DNA from: Catajapyx aquilonaris
Lineage: Eukaryota
Assembly: GCA_000934665.2 (NCBI GenBank)
Contig: KZ538509.1
Span: 1 to 64,000 of the forward strand
Direction: 5' to 3'
Length of the DNA: 64,000 bases
A model generated the notes under the pieces. It was given only the letters and a program-made list of their open reading frames with translations, was not told the origin of the DNA and searched no databases. Below are positions 1 through 12,900 of the stretch, one piece after another. Every line of letters starts with the position of its first letter. Position 1 is the first letter of the stretch. A program made the position numbers and the translations under genes.

Positions 1-2192
1 TCGCAGAAGTTGGTATTGGCCAGCTCGCCCCATGTATAAACATAGGCTCAACACCCCACCCCCTGCCCTCCGTTTCCAAGCGCAAGAACTACCTTAACTG
101 TGCAAAAGTAGTGCAAACGTTTTCAAGTACAAATGGGATTGTGGCAAACTGGTGGGATTTGTTTCGTTAGCAAGCTGTGAAAATATATCAAATACGATGA
201 TTGACATACGATACAGGCTTTGTCAGTTGGCTTTATCGAGAGTCCATGTAAGAACCTTTCGAGCGTGCGTATAGGCTGGTTGTATCTATAGGATAGTTCC
301 AGGCTGCCTACATGCTCTGGAACATTATTCTCTGCTATTAGTCACTCAGACGGCCGAATAATTCAACACGACATTGACGATATCAAGTGTAGAACTGAAG
401 ATCATGCCAAAACGCATAGGAAATCTTTGCTTAAATTGAAGTATAGTCTGCTCTTTAACGTGTTCCAAGATACAATATGTGAATTTGTTATGAGAGTGGT
501 TGTAATAATTATTCTGTTATTATATTGCAGTACATCGGATGATCATTGACGTCTTGCCTCCGTAATTACATCTAAAGGTACGTATTGGATTAATTAATTT
601 CAAATTGTGCAATGTACCAGTGGAAACGTTTGGTAACTACGCAGTTTTCTAAGCGTCGTTATTCTTGCTGTAAAATGCGAAGCCCATTTTGCACATATGC
701 ATGTGACTGCTGGTTTTACAGACCCTTAATGACATTTTCAGGCAATTTTGCAAGCGTCAAATTAGGTGTCATGGTTGCAAAAAATTTCACCACTTATTCC
801 GCTTCTGATCGATCTCTAAAATATGAAAATATTCCCGAAAATCTCGTCACTTAATGTTTCATAAGTAATCAAGGTTACACTACTTAAATTTGTAATATAT
901 TTCTCCTATAATTGCTACAAAATATAGAAGCATGTAACTAGGATGACGAGGGTAATTACAATGGTATTATACCCCGTGGCGACATAAATGTGTTATGCAG
1001 TGGTTGTGACTAGCCCGTAACCGTGCTAAATGCTTTCAAGTCGTAATTGAGGCTAATTGAGTGGAATAACTCAACTTCTGCAGTGCTTTATTTTACAATA
1101 TGTTGTACAGAACTTGTACGAGAGTTGATCACATAAAAAGTTTGAAAGTGTTATAATAAATAGTTAAATCCGACATTTTTGATGCTGATTGATAGGAACA
1201 GTTGAGGACTCGTATGGCACCCATTTGAACGTTGCACTAGCCAGTGTGAAAATGCGACAAATATTATGTTTCGAATTGACAACTAACTTCAGAGTTACAT
1301 ACATCCTGATGTACCATTTCACGTCACTGACAGTTAACTGTTAAGCCAGTTTGTAACCAGCGCACTCATGTGTTGTCATCATTGTTCTGACAGGTAAGAT
1401 ATGCTTGCTGCATATGTGTATTTTAGGAAATTAAAATAGATGCGAGACTCTGGCAACTATTGGCTCAGCAATTTTTCACATGCCATCGACTGCTGAAGGA
1501 AGGTCGAGGCATTAATCGGATAGTCGGCTATTGAAAATAGTTACTCGTCGAAGGAGGGAACAGAATTTTGCTGGTGTAAAAGCAGTCAAGGAGCTGATAT
1601 TCAAGTGGCCCCATGCAATATGGAACCGAACTAATTAACCTTATACAATGCAACTGCCTGCCGGTCCTGTTTCTAAGTATTGCGAGAGACTTAATCAGGA
1701 CACAAAACGAGCTTATTGTCTGAAACTTCTTTGTGTGGCGTCCTGAAAGTTAACTAAGCACATTAGGAAGATTAGTGGACCTAGTGATCGATATATCGGG
1801 ACTCCCGGCGCTAAAAAGTTAATGAAGATAAATTCAATCGGCATCTAAAAGTTGGGAACAATCTGGAGATAAACTTGCAATTCTTACAAGTATCACAGGC
1901 AAGGTCCTAAGGTCGATTTTTCATTAAACGAGTTTGCACGATAGAGCTAACGAGCAGGTATTCATCAATTACAATATCCTTATAGCCTTGGAAAGCAGCC
2001 ATCTGTATTATTATGTGCCTAGAGGCCAATTTCTTAAGTTATTCACGAGGGGTTGTGTTGTATGCATGAGTACCTTCTAATGTAATACAATTAATATGCG
2101 TAACTGTTTAAAATTCGTCCACCAGTGTAACGAACGCTGAACATAACTGATAAACTACAGGCACAGCGTTTTTTGGGGATTTCAAACAACCG

Positions 2193-2247
2193 TTGGAATC
2201 ACTTGGAATCACTTATTGGAATCACTTGTTGGAATCACTTGGAAAAC
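2193..2247. repeat. Short tandem repeat of TTGGAATCAC (about 4.5 copies, two with 3-nt spacers)
   Basis: Units at 2193, 2203, 2216, 2229, plus degenerate TTGGAAAAC at 2239. Confidence 0.85.
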
Positions 2248-5200
2248 TTTATTCCCCTTGGCTGCGTGTTTCCTGGTCCGGGGGGAGGGGCGCTGTGGTC
2301 GAGTGTTGACACCGATGCGGATCAACGCTGTTTTTGGGGCGTCGCCGACGGTATCACAACGGAGCAACTAATATAGAGAATGACGCTCCTTATACTGAGG
2401 GTGTCTTCAGACATTTTACTTCACGACCATAGTTTACATTGCTCCCAATACAGGCTAAAAGGATCCCTTCAAAGATGAATTTTACCGTACCATCATTTCT
2501 ATTGGAGGTTGTTCCAAATTATATTAGATAAAAGAGTAAAACTCAGTTTTTAAATATCTTCTCTCTGAGTAGTGAAAATTAAAGCTTGAAAGTTGAGTTT
2601 TTTTCATTTGAAATTGATACAGAAAAAATGCTAGAAAGGGAGATTTCCAGGTAGAGTGATCAGTCTGTGAGTTGACGGATATGAACCGGGGATCTAGTGG
2701 GGGTTGTAGCCTACCCCGGGCAGTTCCTCATGAGTTGAACGGTTTGGGACATCGTGTATCCCTTTTGACTACCTCGACGGGACTGGCGGGGACAAACTTT
2801 ACCAATTTGGCGTACCTCTGTTAGCGGTTACTTCGCATTTGAGAGCCTAAAGAATATTATCTACTTTGCTGTGCAGTGTATTACATAAGGCATTTCACGT
2901 ATAATAATTTTAATCTTGTCAAATTCCGAAAATATTTTGATATGTCACAGTATACCTATATACATGGGCGAGTGTTTCAAGGTTTGTTTATATCTGTGAA
3001 ACGTTGTTGCAGAACTGCAGAGTGCAACATGAACATATTAAAGAGCTTTGTTGCTTATTTTAATGAGGTAACCACAAAAGTGGCTGTATAGTCCCATAAA
3101 AAATAGCATCTCGGCCACCAAGAATCTGCACAAATCTCAATAGAAAATTCACTATTTGAAGTGTTAATTTTTGGTATTTCCGTTACAAATCCGAATGCTC
3201 TTTTTGGATACCGCAATTTTGATTTTTAACAATTTGAGTTTTACCATATTTTGGATCTTTTCAGGTGCTTCCAACATCGCTCACTGTATTTTTAATTCGA
3301 TTATGATATACTGTACACTGTATAGGACTGTTGGGGTTACGAAGGGAGGTCGGACTGGCGGAGGCGGATTACCACGTTATAATGGCAACAACACTTCTAA
3401 AATGGCACAAAATCGCACTTTGGTTCTCCACATTTTGCGGATATGTCAGGTAGGCTTCAATTTAGGTGCCAATCAAAATAAATCGCAGGAGTCCATTAAC
3501 GGACAAACCGCAAAATTTTCAACACGATTGGGGGAAAAAAATGTTGTTTTTAAACAATCACACGTATGACCTTCCCAGAACCCGTTAAATTAACTGAAAA
3601 CGTACACATTACGAGTTAGATTTGCAATTATGACATATAGTTTGTTGCATAGATAAGCAAACTTAGTAACACCCAATTGCATGGGTACTACATCATATCC
3701 GCATGAGGTCAAAAGTTAGACTGTTATAGCGAGAGGTGTGCCGGTTGAAGTATATTGCCTCATATGCATACGCGGATAATAAAGCTGTGTGTGTGCCACA
3801 GCATCTGCAATAAACATATGATGCAGATGGCTCATTTTGCAGGTTTTGTCAGTGGTATGTGGTACTCCAAACCTCACCGTAGGCGGATAGTGCTTGCAAC
3901 AGCTGCAAGCCTGTGGTAATGGGGACCGCGAATGTGGCCCAAGACCTTGAAGCAATGGATATCGCATTGACATCTTCAAAATGACGTAGGAGGCTCCACA
4001 GGGAGAAATAAACAGTTGCGGTTTGAGATAGGAACTTTATGGCAGACTTCAAAGGCTAAACAATTTTCTTTTTATTGGTAGTATCATATGGTTGTATAGT
4101 GCAGGAGAGTTTTGAAGTACCGTCCATGATTTTTGACATTGCCCCAGAATATATTGGCGGTGTCATTAGTGAGGTGATGAAACTGTATGAATACAGTATG
4201 TGTAACCCGAGGCACAAATCCCGGAAATTTTGATGTTCACTTCTTGTGAATTTAAAAAAGTTTGGCATTGCACTGTACTCATTTGGAATGCCACGGAAGG
4301 CTTAGTATTCCAAACATTTTGAGATTAGCAGCGGAATGAGTAAGCCCGTAACAGTAGCAAAGTTACATAAATCGGCCACAAAATGTCAGTACCGAGATCA
4401 AATATCTCTGCAACCAGAAGGATGCCGCCCTTTACTATTCCACACCTCAATCTATCACCTCCACCCGGCTTCAATCCCGGAATATCAAGGATTCCTCCTG
4501 GGAACGCTGCAAAGTGACCAGGTGCAGAGGTTTTACACGCTGTATGAGAACACCAGAGAACTGGGTCTGATTACGTATGTCACACCTTTTGGCTGAAAAT
4601 CCTTGGAAGCAACGGTATGGCAATAATGAACTGAGATTATATCAGCGACGCATGATGACTTGACCTGGTCATTATAACACCTCAGAACATTGTATTTAGT
4701 AAGTTACTTTGCTAGGAAGAAGCATGGACGTTTTTGTGTTCTGTCGTTTGCATTTGTAGGAATTTAAATATTTATTTCCGTTTAATTTTCCTCTAAAATA
4801 GCTTAGGTTTGATTCGAACAAGTTGGAAACAAAATTACCGTTGTTTGAGACTTGGAAATTGGGCATCGTAAAGTCGGGATGCAGATTACAGAGATGAAAC
4901 GGAATGGCTATCGATCTTTGGCCTGTGAGATGGGGGTGTTTGCCGACGTGGTCGCTTGATTTACACCACAGAGCTCTCGGTTGGCTCTCATTGCCTGACC
5001 GCCTCTTGGATTCTCGGCCATCTAACACACGTCTCCAGGGATGAACCAGAGGATATCGAGTCTCGGCTGGATAATGCAGTCCTTGTAATGTATACTCAAG
5101 GCCTCTTTACCCTGCTTGTGTAGAACAGTATACGACTTCTTTCCTCTTTATTCTCTCCTTCCGCCGTTGTGTCCCGGCGATGTCGTTGATACTGATCTCG

Positions 5201-5624
5201 GCGGTAATTTCGACACTAGGTTGAATGTCGTAGAAAATCCTCTTTGGGAACTGTAAACTTCCCAATGTTGCTGACTGCAGTTTGATACAGGGAATGTGGC
5301 TGCCATAACGATATCTCGAATATTACAAACCAAGAGTAAAATTTGTCATGTCTTTTCCGAAGTTTGTCACATCTACATAATGTTCAGTAGTAGAAATCGT
5401 CAATATGGTTTTGTGAATCAATTTCGTGATTACAGATAACACATTTTAGTAAATATGACTATGAATGTTACAAGCGCAAATTAAAAATGTTGATACAATA
5501 ATACGACAATAATACGTTGGGAAATATACTGTACGTACAAACTTATCACACTTGGCAATTTAGTCTTGTGTCGTCACTGAGCTTCTTTTCTTATATTCGC
5601 ATTTTCATGAATATTGATTCAGTA

Positions 5625-5786
5625 CAGTGTTGGACATTAATCGAGGCATACTGCTAGCGACATTTTCCGAAGCGGCAGAAGAAGGAATCGAAGATAAGGA
5701 TACTTCAAGCCGGGCGAGCAAGATTCCTTCTTCTGCCGCTTCGGAAAATGTCGCTAGCAGTATGCCTCGATTTATGTCCAACACTG
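5625..5786. mobile_element. Palindromic MITE, Tc1/mariner-type (family A, copy 1)
   Basis: Long inverted arms CAGTGTTGGACAT(T/A)AATCGAGGCATACTGCTAGCGACATTTTCCGAAGCGGCAGAAGAAGGAATC; TA on both sides (5623-24, 5787-88); second copy at 28730-28893. Confidence 0.92.
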
Positions 5787-5827
5787 TACATCAGCTGCTG
5801 TCTTCAATTTTCACAGTTTCACAAATA

Positions 5828-6001
5828 AACTTAATATATAACTGAGTTAAAAATTTAACTTAATATATAACTGAGTTAAAAATTTAACTTAATATATAAC
5901 TGAGTTAAAAATTTAACTTAATATATAACTGAGTTAAAAATTTAACTTAATATATAACTGAGTTAAAAATTTAACTTAATATATAACTGAGTTAAAAATT
6001 T
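5828..6001. repeat. Minisatellite: 6 perfect copies of 29-bp AACTTAATATATAACTGAGTTAAAAATTT
   Basis: Units start at 5828, 5857, 5886, 5915, 5944, 5973; no mismatches seen. Confidence 0.97.
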
Positions 6002-9000
6002 CAATGAATGTACAATATAATAGCAACAATACTGTGTGTAGTGAAACAGTTTGTGTAAATGACATTCAAGATAAAAATAATAATGAGTCACATTCTGCTA
6101 TTTAAAAGTTAACCCTTGCTTTTAGAACATGTTATATACCGGTTTAATACCGGTACTCTAAAAGCACCCCTTATTTAACGCGGTGTGAAATATGGGCAAT
6201 AATCTTAAAACGATCGTGACAATCATACCTCTAAACGCGATTTCTTAACCTGATTTCATCGTTTAGGAGATCTTTTTAAAGGCATAATTATTGTACGCAT
6301 ATTGCCGCGACACACACTGAAAGAGATGTAATATTATATTTCGGTCGACAAGTTTGATAATTTTGTTAGTAAGCTTGGTGTAACGTACGTGGAATAAATT
6401 ACTAATTGGTGACACTAAGCCAGTGAATGCACAGGCATGGAACTTAAGTTTTGTAGCATATTGTTGTTTTTTTCAATTGCTTGTGATTTTAAGTGGCGAA
6501 TTGTTCTCTATTAAATTTCACGCTCAGCTGTGTACAGGAGGAATGGAAGTCAGTAATAACAATTTCCTTCCCATGAAAAGATCTGGCTCCTGTTGTCCTG
6601 CGGGTGTTCCTATATTATAACCTATATTTGTCAAAAACATGATGTTCCTCATGTGCTTCGATTCCTTCATGGCATTGAATATAGATGTATATGTCATACC
6701 TAGCGAGTTTGAATGCAATTTGAAATATGAACTGTAGTATTACGAGGGTATGTACAGTACTGTACGTAATGTCCATCGAAAGAAAATCCATGTACTACAT
6801 AAATAATTGGTAGTAGAGCAGTAACAATAGACTATGCACAGCAAAATGAGACCAACTGGGAGCATCAGGAATTGCCCATTGTAAAACCTAGCCTTGACCA
6901 GTACAAAATAATTTGGCGAGGTATTTGTCAGCCTCGCAAGCACTTTTGTCTAGAATTCGCATGTCCACTCTAGTGTCGCCTCACGTGATTTCCCACTCAA
7001 CTTGTGCCCCTTTACAACGGCAATAAAATCCGGCGAATGTCAGCGACACATTGGTTGCATGGCTCCTTGACTTTTGCACTGGAAGGGAATCCATGGGCTA
7101 CTCACTTCTCTCTTTTTTTTTTACAGCACACCGTGAGTGTAGCTCGACAGTCACTTGCAGGACATTTCTTCACGTCAGAAACAAAACCAGAAGGCTCTGT
7201 CTAAAGCACGCTGTTTTACAATGGGCAGTTTTTGTAACGTTGAATCAAAGTGTCAAATCTGGACTGTGTGGTCGTAACTGTCAATGTATTTTATGTATAA
7301 AAGCTGGTGGAAAGCAGGCAATTTTATTCAAAAAAAAACTCAGTTTATGTAGGCATTTATGAATTAAATGCTGGGTGCGGTCGGCTTTTAATTGAATAAA
7401 TGCATATGGTAATGTAAAATTACAATGCAGCACTTATTTTTCCATCTACACACTCATCAGTTGCAGGCTTCTGTTGAAATACCACAACAGAAAAGTTGAA
7501 AAAGGCGTGCCCATTTTAAAAACCGAATTTTAAAATTTGCACCCCCCTCCCTCCTCCCATCCTGTCATATATCAAACATCAGATTGGCGGAAATTCTTAA
7601 TAACCGACAGGGAATGTAACACATCTGTTATGGCTTGTTTCCCGCTCGTTCATCTCAAATGACAAATTATGGTTTCAGTCATTTTTTTCCCCCATCTCCT
7701 CAATTATTGGATGGGAAGCCAAAAAAAAAATGCTCGACCTTCACCGACCTGCTGATCATGTAATCGATTATTGTGTGTAACCATCGGAAGTGACTTTTTT
7801 TTTGAGGGGGAGGAGGGAGGGAACTAGGGTGAGGAGAGGGGGTAGAGTATTCCCTGGAGTGAGAGATATAGAACGGTTTTCGTAGTGAGGGCAACTCGAC
7901 GATGAAGCCCTTCAGTCGATATCTAGGTTTACAAGAGTGAGTTGGTGGCAACTACTGAGCCTTTTGTAGGAGACCACTTCGGAAGTAAAAATGCTTTCCA
8001 GATGGTGGCTTCGGACGGTTACAAATCGGTCACCGGGGTTAAAGGAGTGCTTTGGTGGCACAGAAATATGGAGTCCTTCTCCCAGAAGAATTGGGAGCAA
8101 TAAAGATTTTTTTTTGTATGTTTTTGTTTGTTTTTTTTAAAAGGAACATAGATCTTGAGGGTGAAGATTTGGACCTCGTTTGCGCAATAAATGTCAAAAG
8201 AAACGGGTTGTAAAGTGCGGAAGTAGCCACCAAGGGAAATGCAAAACTCAAAATGCGAAGTGGAAAGTTAAGAAGTGATACATTTTGTACGCGCCGTGAA
8301 GTTGTAAAAAGTTTTACACCCGGTGTGTAATATACGTTCCTTATTTTTTTTTTCTTTTGGAGGAACTGGGCTTGAAAAACTTACTTCTGACTAGGCGCCC
8401 AAATCGGGGCCGCAACCAAATATTTGCCTTTTGAATATTTGTTTCCCAGTCCAGCCCATGGCAACCGAATATCCCCCCACTGTTTGCTTTCGTCTTAGAG
8501 ATTTAATTTACCAAGGGTTGCCTTTGCATACATGGCACTTAAGCGCCCAGAGGCAACAAAGGCACGGATCTGGATTGTAACTACACGCAAACAAAAGACC
8601 AAATTAACACTAAAATCAACGGGTGCTTTTGACACGTCACGCTGTTTAGATGCAAGTTTAAAAATATATTCTTTTTACAGTTAAGAGGGCGGGTAGTTTC
8701 GAGCATTTCTCAAGTAAATTGCACCATTGCGTGACATGAAATTCGGGTGACAAAGTGATAATAGGTATGCCATTGACATACAGAGTTGAAAAAAAAAATG
8801 TCGGCAGTCGACTCTGTTTGCCTCTAAGGTATAGGTCAAGTCAAGGTCGAGAGAACTGGAATATCGTCACTGTCAGGTCCCGCTGGGACGTTAAAAAGCT
8901 CGGCAGGATATTTACCGTGAAAGTTTCAGCAGTATCTGCTTTTGAATAAGGATCCCTAGGAAGCTTTAACAACCGCAGCCGAAGCCAAGTCAACATTTTT

Positions 9001-9514
9001 CAGGATTTTATAGCTTGACGCAGACCCACTTGGATCCTTTCAATAATTTCAAGAGGGGCCAGAAGGGAGATCCAGACCTCCATCTCTTCGATCTAGAACA
9101 AGTGTTGTCGCCAAGTTTCATGCGACACAAATCCTCCCGAGATTTGCAGACCCATTGTAGCGTGTATACGTGTCGGGGAAAGGGCGTAGGATCATTACTC
9201 GCACGACACTACTTGTAGCCTTGATTAATGAACCCGTAGAGATAAGGCTCTCGTCAGTCTCGAATCACGCACTCTGATCCTTAAATTGCTAATCCCGGGG
9301 TATATCTGAAGAATAAGGCACCTTATCTCATCCAACTGATAATGGCACTACTCATTGTCACTGATGCACTTTTATTGCCTCTGGAAGGTCTGAAATAGGT
9401 CGCTGGCTACTATGTTTGGCAATGAAGAAAATGGGGGCATTGTCACATACCTCGTACTTGTTCGCAATTCAAATATGTCACACTTGTCAGCTATTAAAAT
9501 CACCAACATGTTTA

Positions 9515-9679
9515 CAGTACCCAAAGCATAACTTCTCGAGAAAAGGCCCACTCCACACCAGACACCCTATAAACGATCTGATTGGTGGAACTCCACCAAT
9601 CTGACCACTTTGTCTGGTGTGGAGTGGAGTGGTAGGGGTCGCCTAATCCCTTTTTTGAGAAGTTATGCTGTGAGTACTG
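9515..9679. mobile_element. Palindromic MITE, TA-flanked (Tc1/mariner/pogo type)
   Basis: Termini CAGTACCCAAAGCATAACTTCTC...GAGAAGTTATGCTGTGAGTACTG; inner arms CCACTCCACACCAGACA/TGTCTGGTGTGGAGTGG and GATTGGTGGA/TCCACCAATC; TA at 9513-14 and 9680-81. Confidence 0.85.
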
Positions 9680-9927
9680 TAGGTATGTTCGATAATTATT
9701 TTTGGTGAGCCAGTTCCAGCTTGAATTTCGGTCTAGGACCAAGAACTATTTATAAATCGCATGCATACCACACTTTCATCTAAATGTCAACCTATTTAAA
9801 ATTTACAACAGTACACTTTGGCCCAAAAGTTTATGCTAATCGAATGTTGCACAACTCACGGGCAATGGCTGCGCTCCCTACATTTGCCAAAATTAGATCG
9901 CCCCTACTGCAAATTGAGTGCTTTTTT

Positions 9928-9938
9928 NNNNNNNNNNN
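9928..9938. other. Assembly gap (11 N) between poly-T and poly-C runs
   Basis: Ns in the sequence; isolated n also occur in G/C homopolymers near 25976 and 63642. Confidence 0.99.
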
Positions 9939-12900
9939 CCCCCCCCCCCCCCTCGGTTGGCTGCGATGACAACTTGGCATATTCCAATACTCGGCCATCA
10001 TTGGAATACATACCGAAAAGCCCTTTTCGGCATCATCAGTGACGTGCGTGAAATTTGTGCTCGAAGCACACACCTAGAGCGCAGGGTGACAGTCATTTAT
10101 TCATGGGGAGGCGCGGTTACGAGCTGCGACTAAGCCCAAATTCAAATGCACTGCAACTCCCCGCAGCACCACCGGAATTATTACGGTCGCGTCCTAGGGT
10201 TCTCTCTCTCTCACTCTCTCTGGGAAAAAAAGGAGTACTCTCCCGTGAAAATGGTTGCATGTCGGTAGCTGGGGAAGAAGGCTTCCGGGGGAGATGGCCT
10301 TTTCTCCACAAAGTGACATGGGGGAGGTTTATAACTCCCAGTGGCGCCGCTTTGCATTTGCCGGACCCATCTCGTCGAATTAATAAATGGCCCGTTAGGA
10401 GGTGGGTGAAGTGCAAAAGTTTTGAAATGCAGACCCTCACGCCTCACCCGGTGTCTGTTTGATGCGAAGTTTTTTTTGTTTGCTAATTTTTTGGAGCCTG
10501 TACTTTGCACATTCTTCGCTTGTACTTTGAGGACGGTTGCAATCGACTTTCAGGTAATTTCAACCAAGCTGTCTGAAGTAATTCTGCGCAACTTGCAATG
10601 CAAAAAAATAGTAGAGGAGAGAGATAAAATTTTGTCTACCCGAATGCGCGAAACGTGGTGAAGAGTTGATTCCCTTGGTCTTTCAAGCCGTGCTTTTGTC
10701 CCCAGCTTGAAACCGCGACACCATCAGTCGGCGACCGCGTCTCCTTTGCACGGCTTTGTCGCTTTTCGATTGATTGAATTACACAGGTAGTGGAATGGGT
10801 GGGGAAGAAGCAACGGCGTCCAGGGAGGGAATGGTGGGGTTGTTGTGCCGAGCTCTTTTGTTGCGCTAGAATCCTGGTATGGCAGCAGGGGAGGACTTCT
10901 GCAGATTCTCCCCCACCAACAGCTATAGGGAAAGGTTGGGCCTTCTTTTGACATTACATTTGGTGTCAGATGCTTTTAGCGGCAGACGTGAAAGAATCCA
11001 AATTGAATTGAAAAGACCTCCTTATAACCGCATGGGCTCTTTCAAAGCGAGGCCGATTCCTTTCCGGATGTTGAAAAGGCCCAAGATACGATGTGGGCGG
11101 CGCCGGGTGACGCTTTCTGGCATAAAACATTCACTTTGGGGGGTTGGCGTCGTTTCGTGACGCGCTGGCTTTTATTAAACCGCTCAACGACAAGTTGTGA
11201 ATTTTGGATCACTGCCGTTTAGAAGGAAAGGGGTCAAAAAGATATATAAATGGAGGCTGCTATATAAGCTGCCAGCCATGATAATAGAGGAGGGGAGGGG
11301 GGGGAGCAAATAAGGAAATGCTCTGGGCGTAATTATTCGCATTAATGTGCAGTGGAAGTAACCAGCATCCATTTGAGTTCCTTTACGACGACTTTTGGGG
11401 TCTGGAGTAAGAAAGCCGCAGGCCAAACTTGATGCCAAAGTGACCACAATATGCCATTTGTCTCGGAGGGACGTTTTGAGGGCATTTCCGGTGGGGCAAG
11501 AAGTTAATGAGGCCGGATATTTAAATTTTAAATGAATTCGCCTGGAATTCATTAGTCGGCTCCAGCGTTGCTAGTTGAATGCTTTGTGTCTAGGTAGGAG
11601 GTTTGTTTACACTCCTATCGTGATTAGGGAGCACCCTCGACATTGTGATAAAGAGGCTTACAGTATATACTGTTATGCAAATCCACTCGTGTGTTGATTT
11701 CAGTTTCAAATGCATAAAACTTGCACGCGGATAAACCAAAGCGGATATCAGTACGGCCAACACGCAAATATTTTAAAGAAAATATGGGTCGGGTTGACAT
11801 TTTTCTGCTATTTACTACCTTTTTATTTATTAGCAAAGGTCAAGTTAGCATGTGGCAGGCAAGTTTTTCACAATGTTGGTTGCGGAAATGCCGTAGAATC
11901 ACGCCTGATAATCTGAGGCCCACACTGAAAACGTTCATAATTACTCCCAAAGTCAGGTTTTATTGCTTATAAAATCCGAGTTATGGTTTTCAAAGTAGCT
12001 CATTAACAAGGGTTTAGCTGTTGCGGTTTATCTGCAAAGGCGTACACATGTCATAAAGCTAAATATAATGCGCATCGTTGTATTGTGCCGCGCACCCAAA
12101 ATGTCCGCATACATCCCAGGGAGCGGGGATGTTGATGCTTCCTGAAACATGCTGGACCCCTCGTACTGGAGAGTTTATCTGCCTTGAATAATACACGCTA
12201 CTACTCGGGCCCTGGCCTGTCACGTTGAGCTGGCCACATCCCTGCCAACCCCCACGCTAACCGCCATTAAATTATGCATCGAGAGTTTCTCTCCATGATG
12301 CACCATTTTCTCTCCAATCCTCCAGGACTGGCTGCTCAAAACCATGGCTAGGTAAATGGGAGGTAGTTAGGCTGGAAACCTCTGATATGGTCTGTGTTTA
12401 CCAACATGTTTACAACATGAGGGTCCCATGACACCACCACTTGTTCCACCCTCTTTTATGCTTTTTTTTTTAAAATATAGGGACGCGGGGAATTCCCGAC
12501 ATAAAGAGCTGGCCGAATCGCGCCTGCCCAATTAGAGAAGCTAATAGATTCGAAATCCGCTTTACGCACTCTCATTATCTGAAGGAGGTGAATTTATCTA
12601 TGGGGGGGGGGGAGGCTTCTATTCGGGATGAAAGTGAAGGCCAACGCTACTTGGAAGCATTCCAGCAGCTTCGGGAATTTCCGCTAATAGCTATGGCGCC
12701 GTTTGAAGAGAACTTGGGAGCAAATTGCCACTCGAACCGATTGTCACTTTGGGCTGGGGTAGTTTGGATTTACTGATGGGAAGTTGCACTATGCTCTCTG
12801 AGTAATTCAGGGATAAGGAGGCTGAGTATGAGTGAGTTGCCCGCATTTTTCACCATCTGCGAATTGTGTGCCGATAAAAGGCCCCCATAATCGCGTTCAC

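Noticed and set aside
3878..4055. Minus-strand exon ending in a GTGAGG donor
   Set aside because: The acceptor lacks a polypyrimidine tract and the peptides are unrecognisable.
5828..6001. CRISPR array
   Set aside because: Head-to-tail identical units with no spacers, no cas genes, eukaryotic context.
9977..10040. Minus-strand CTGATGA followed by a strong hairpin as a hammerhead
   Set aside because: No GAAA follows the hairpin, so the catalytic core is incomplete.
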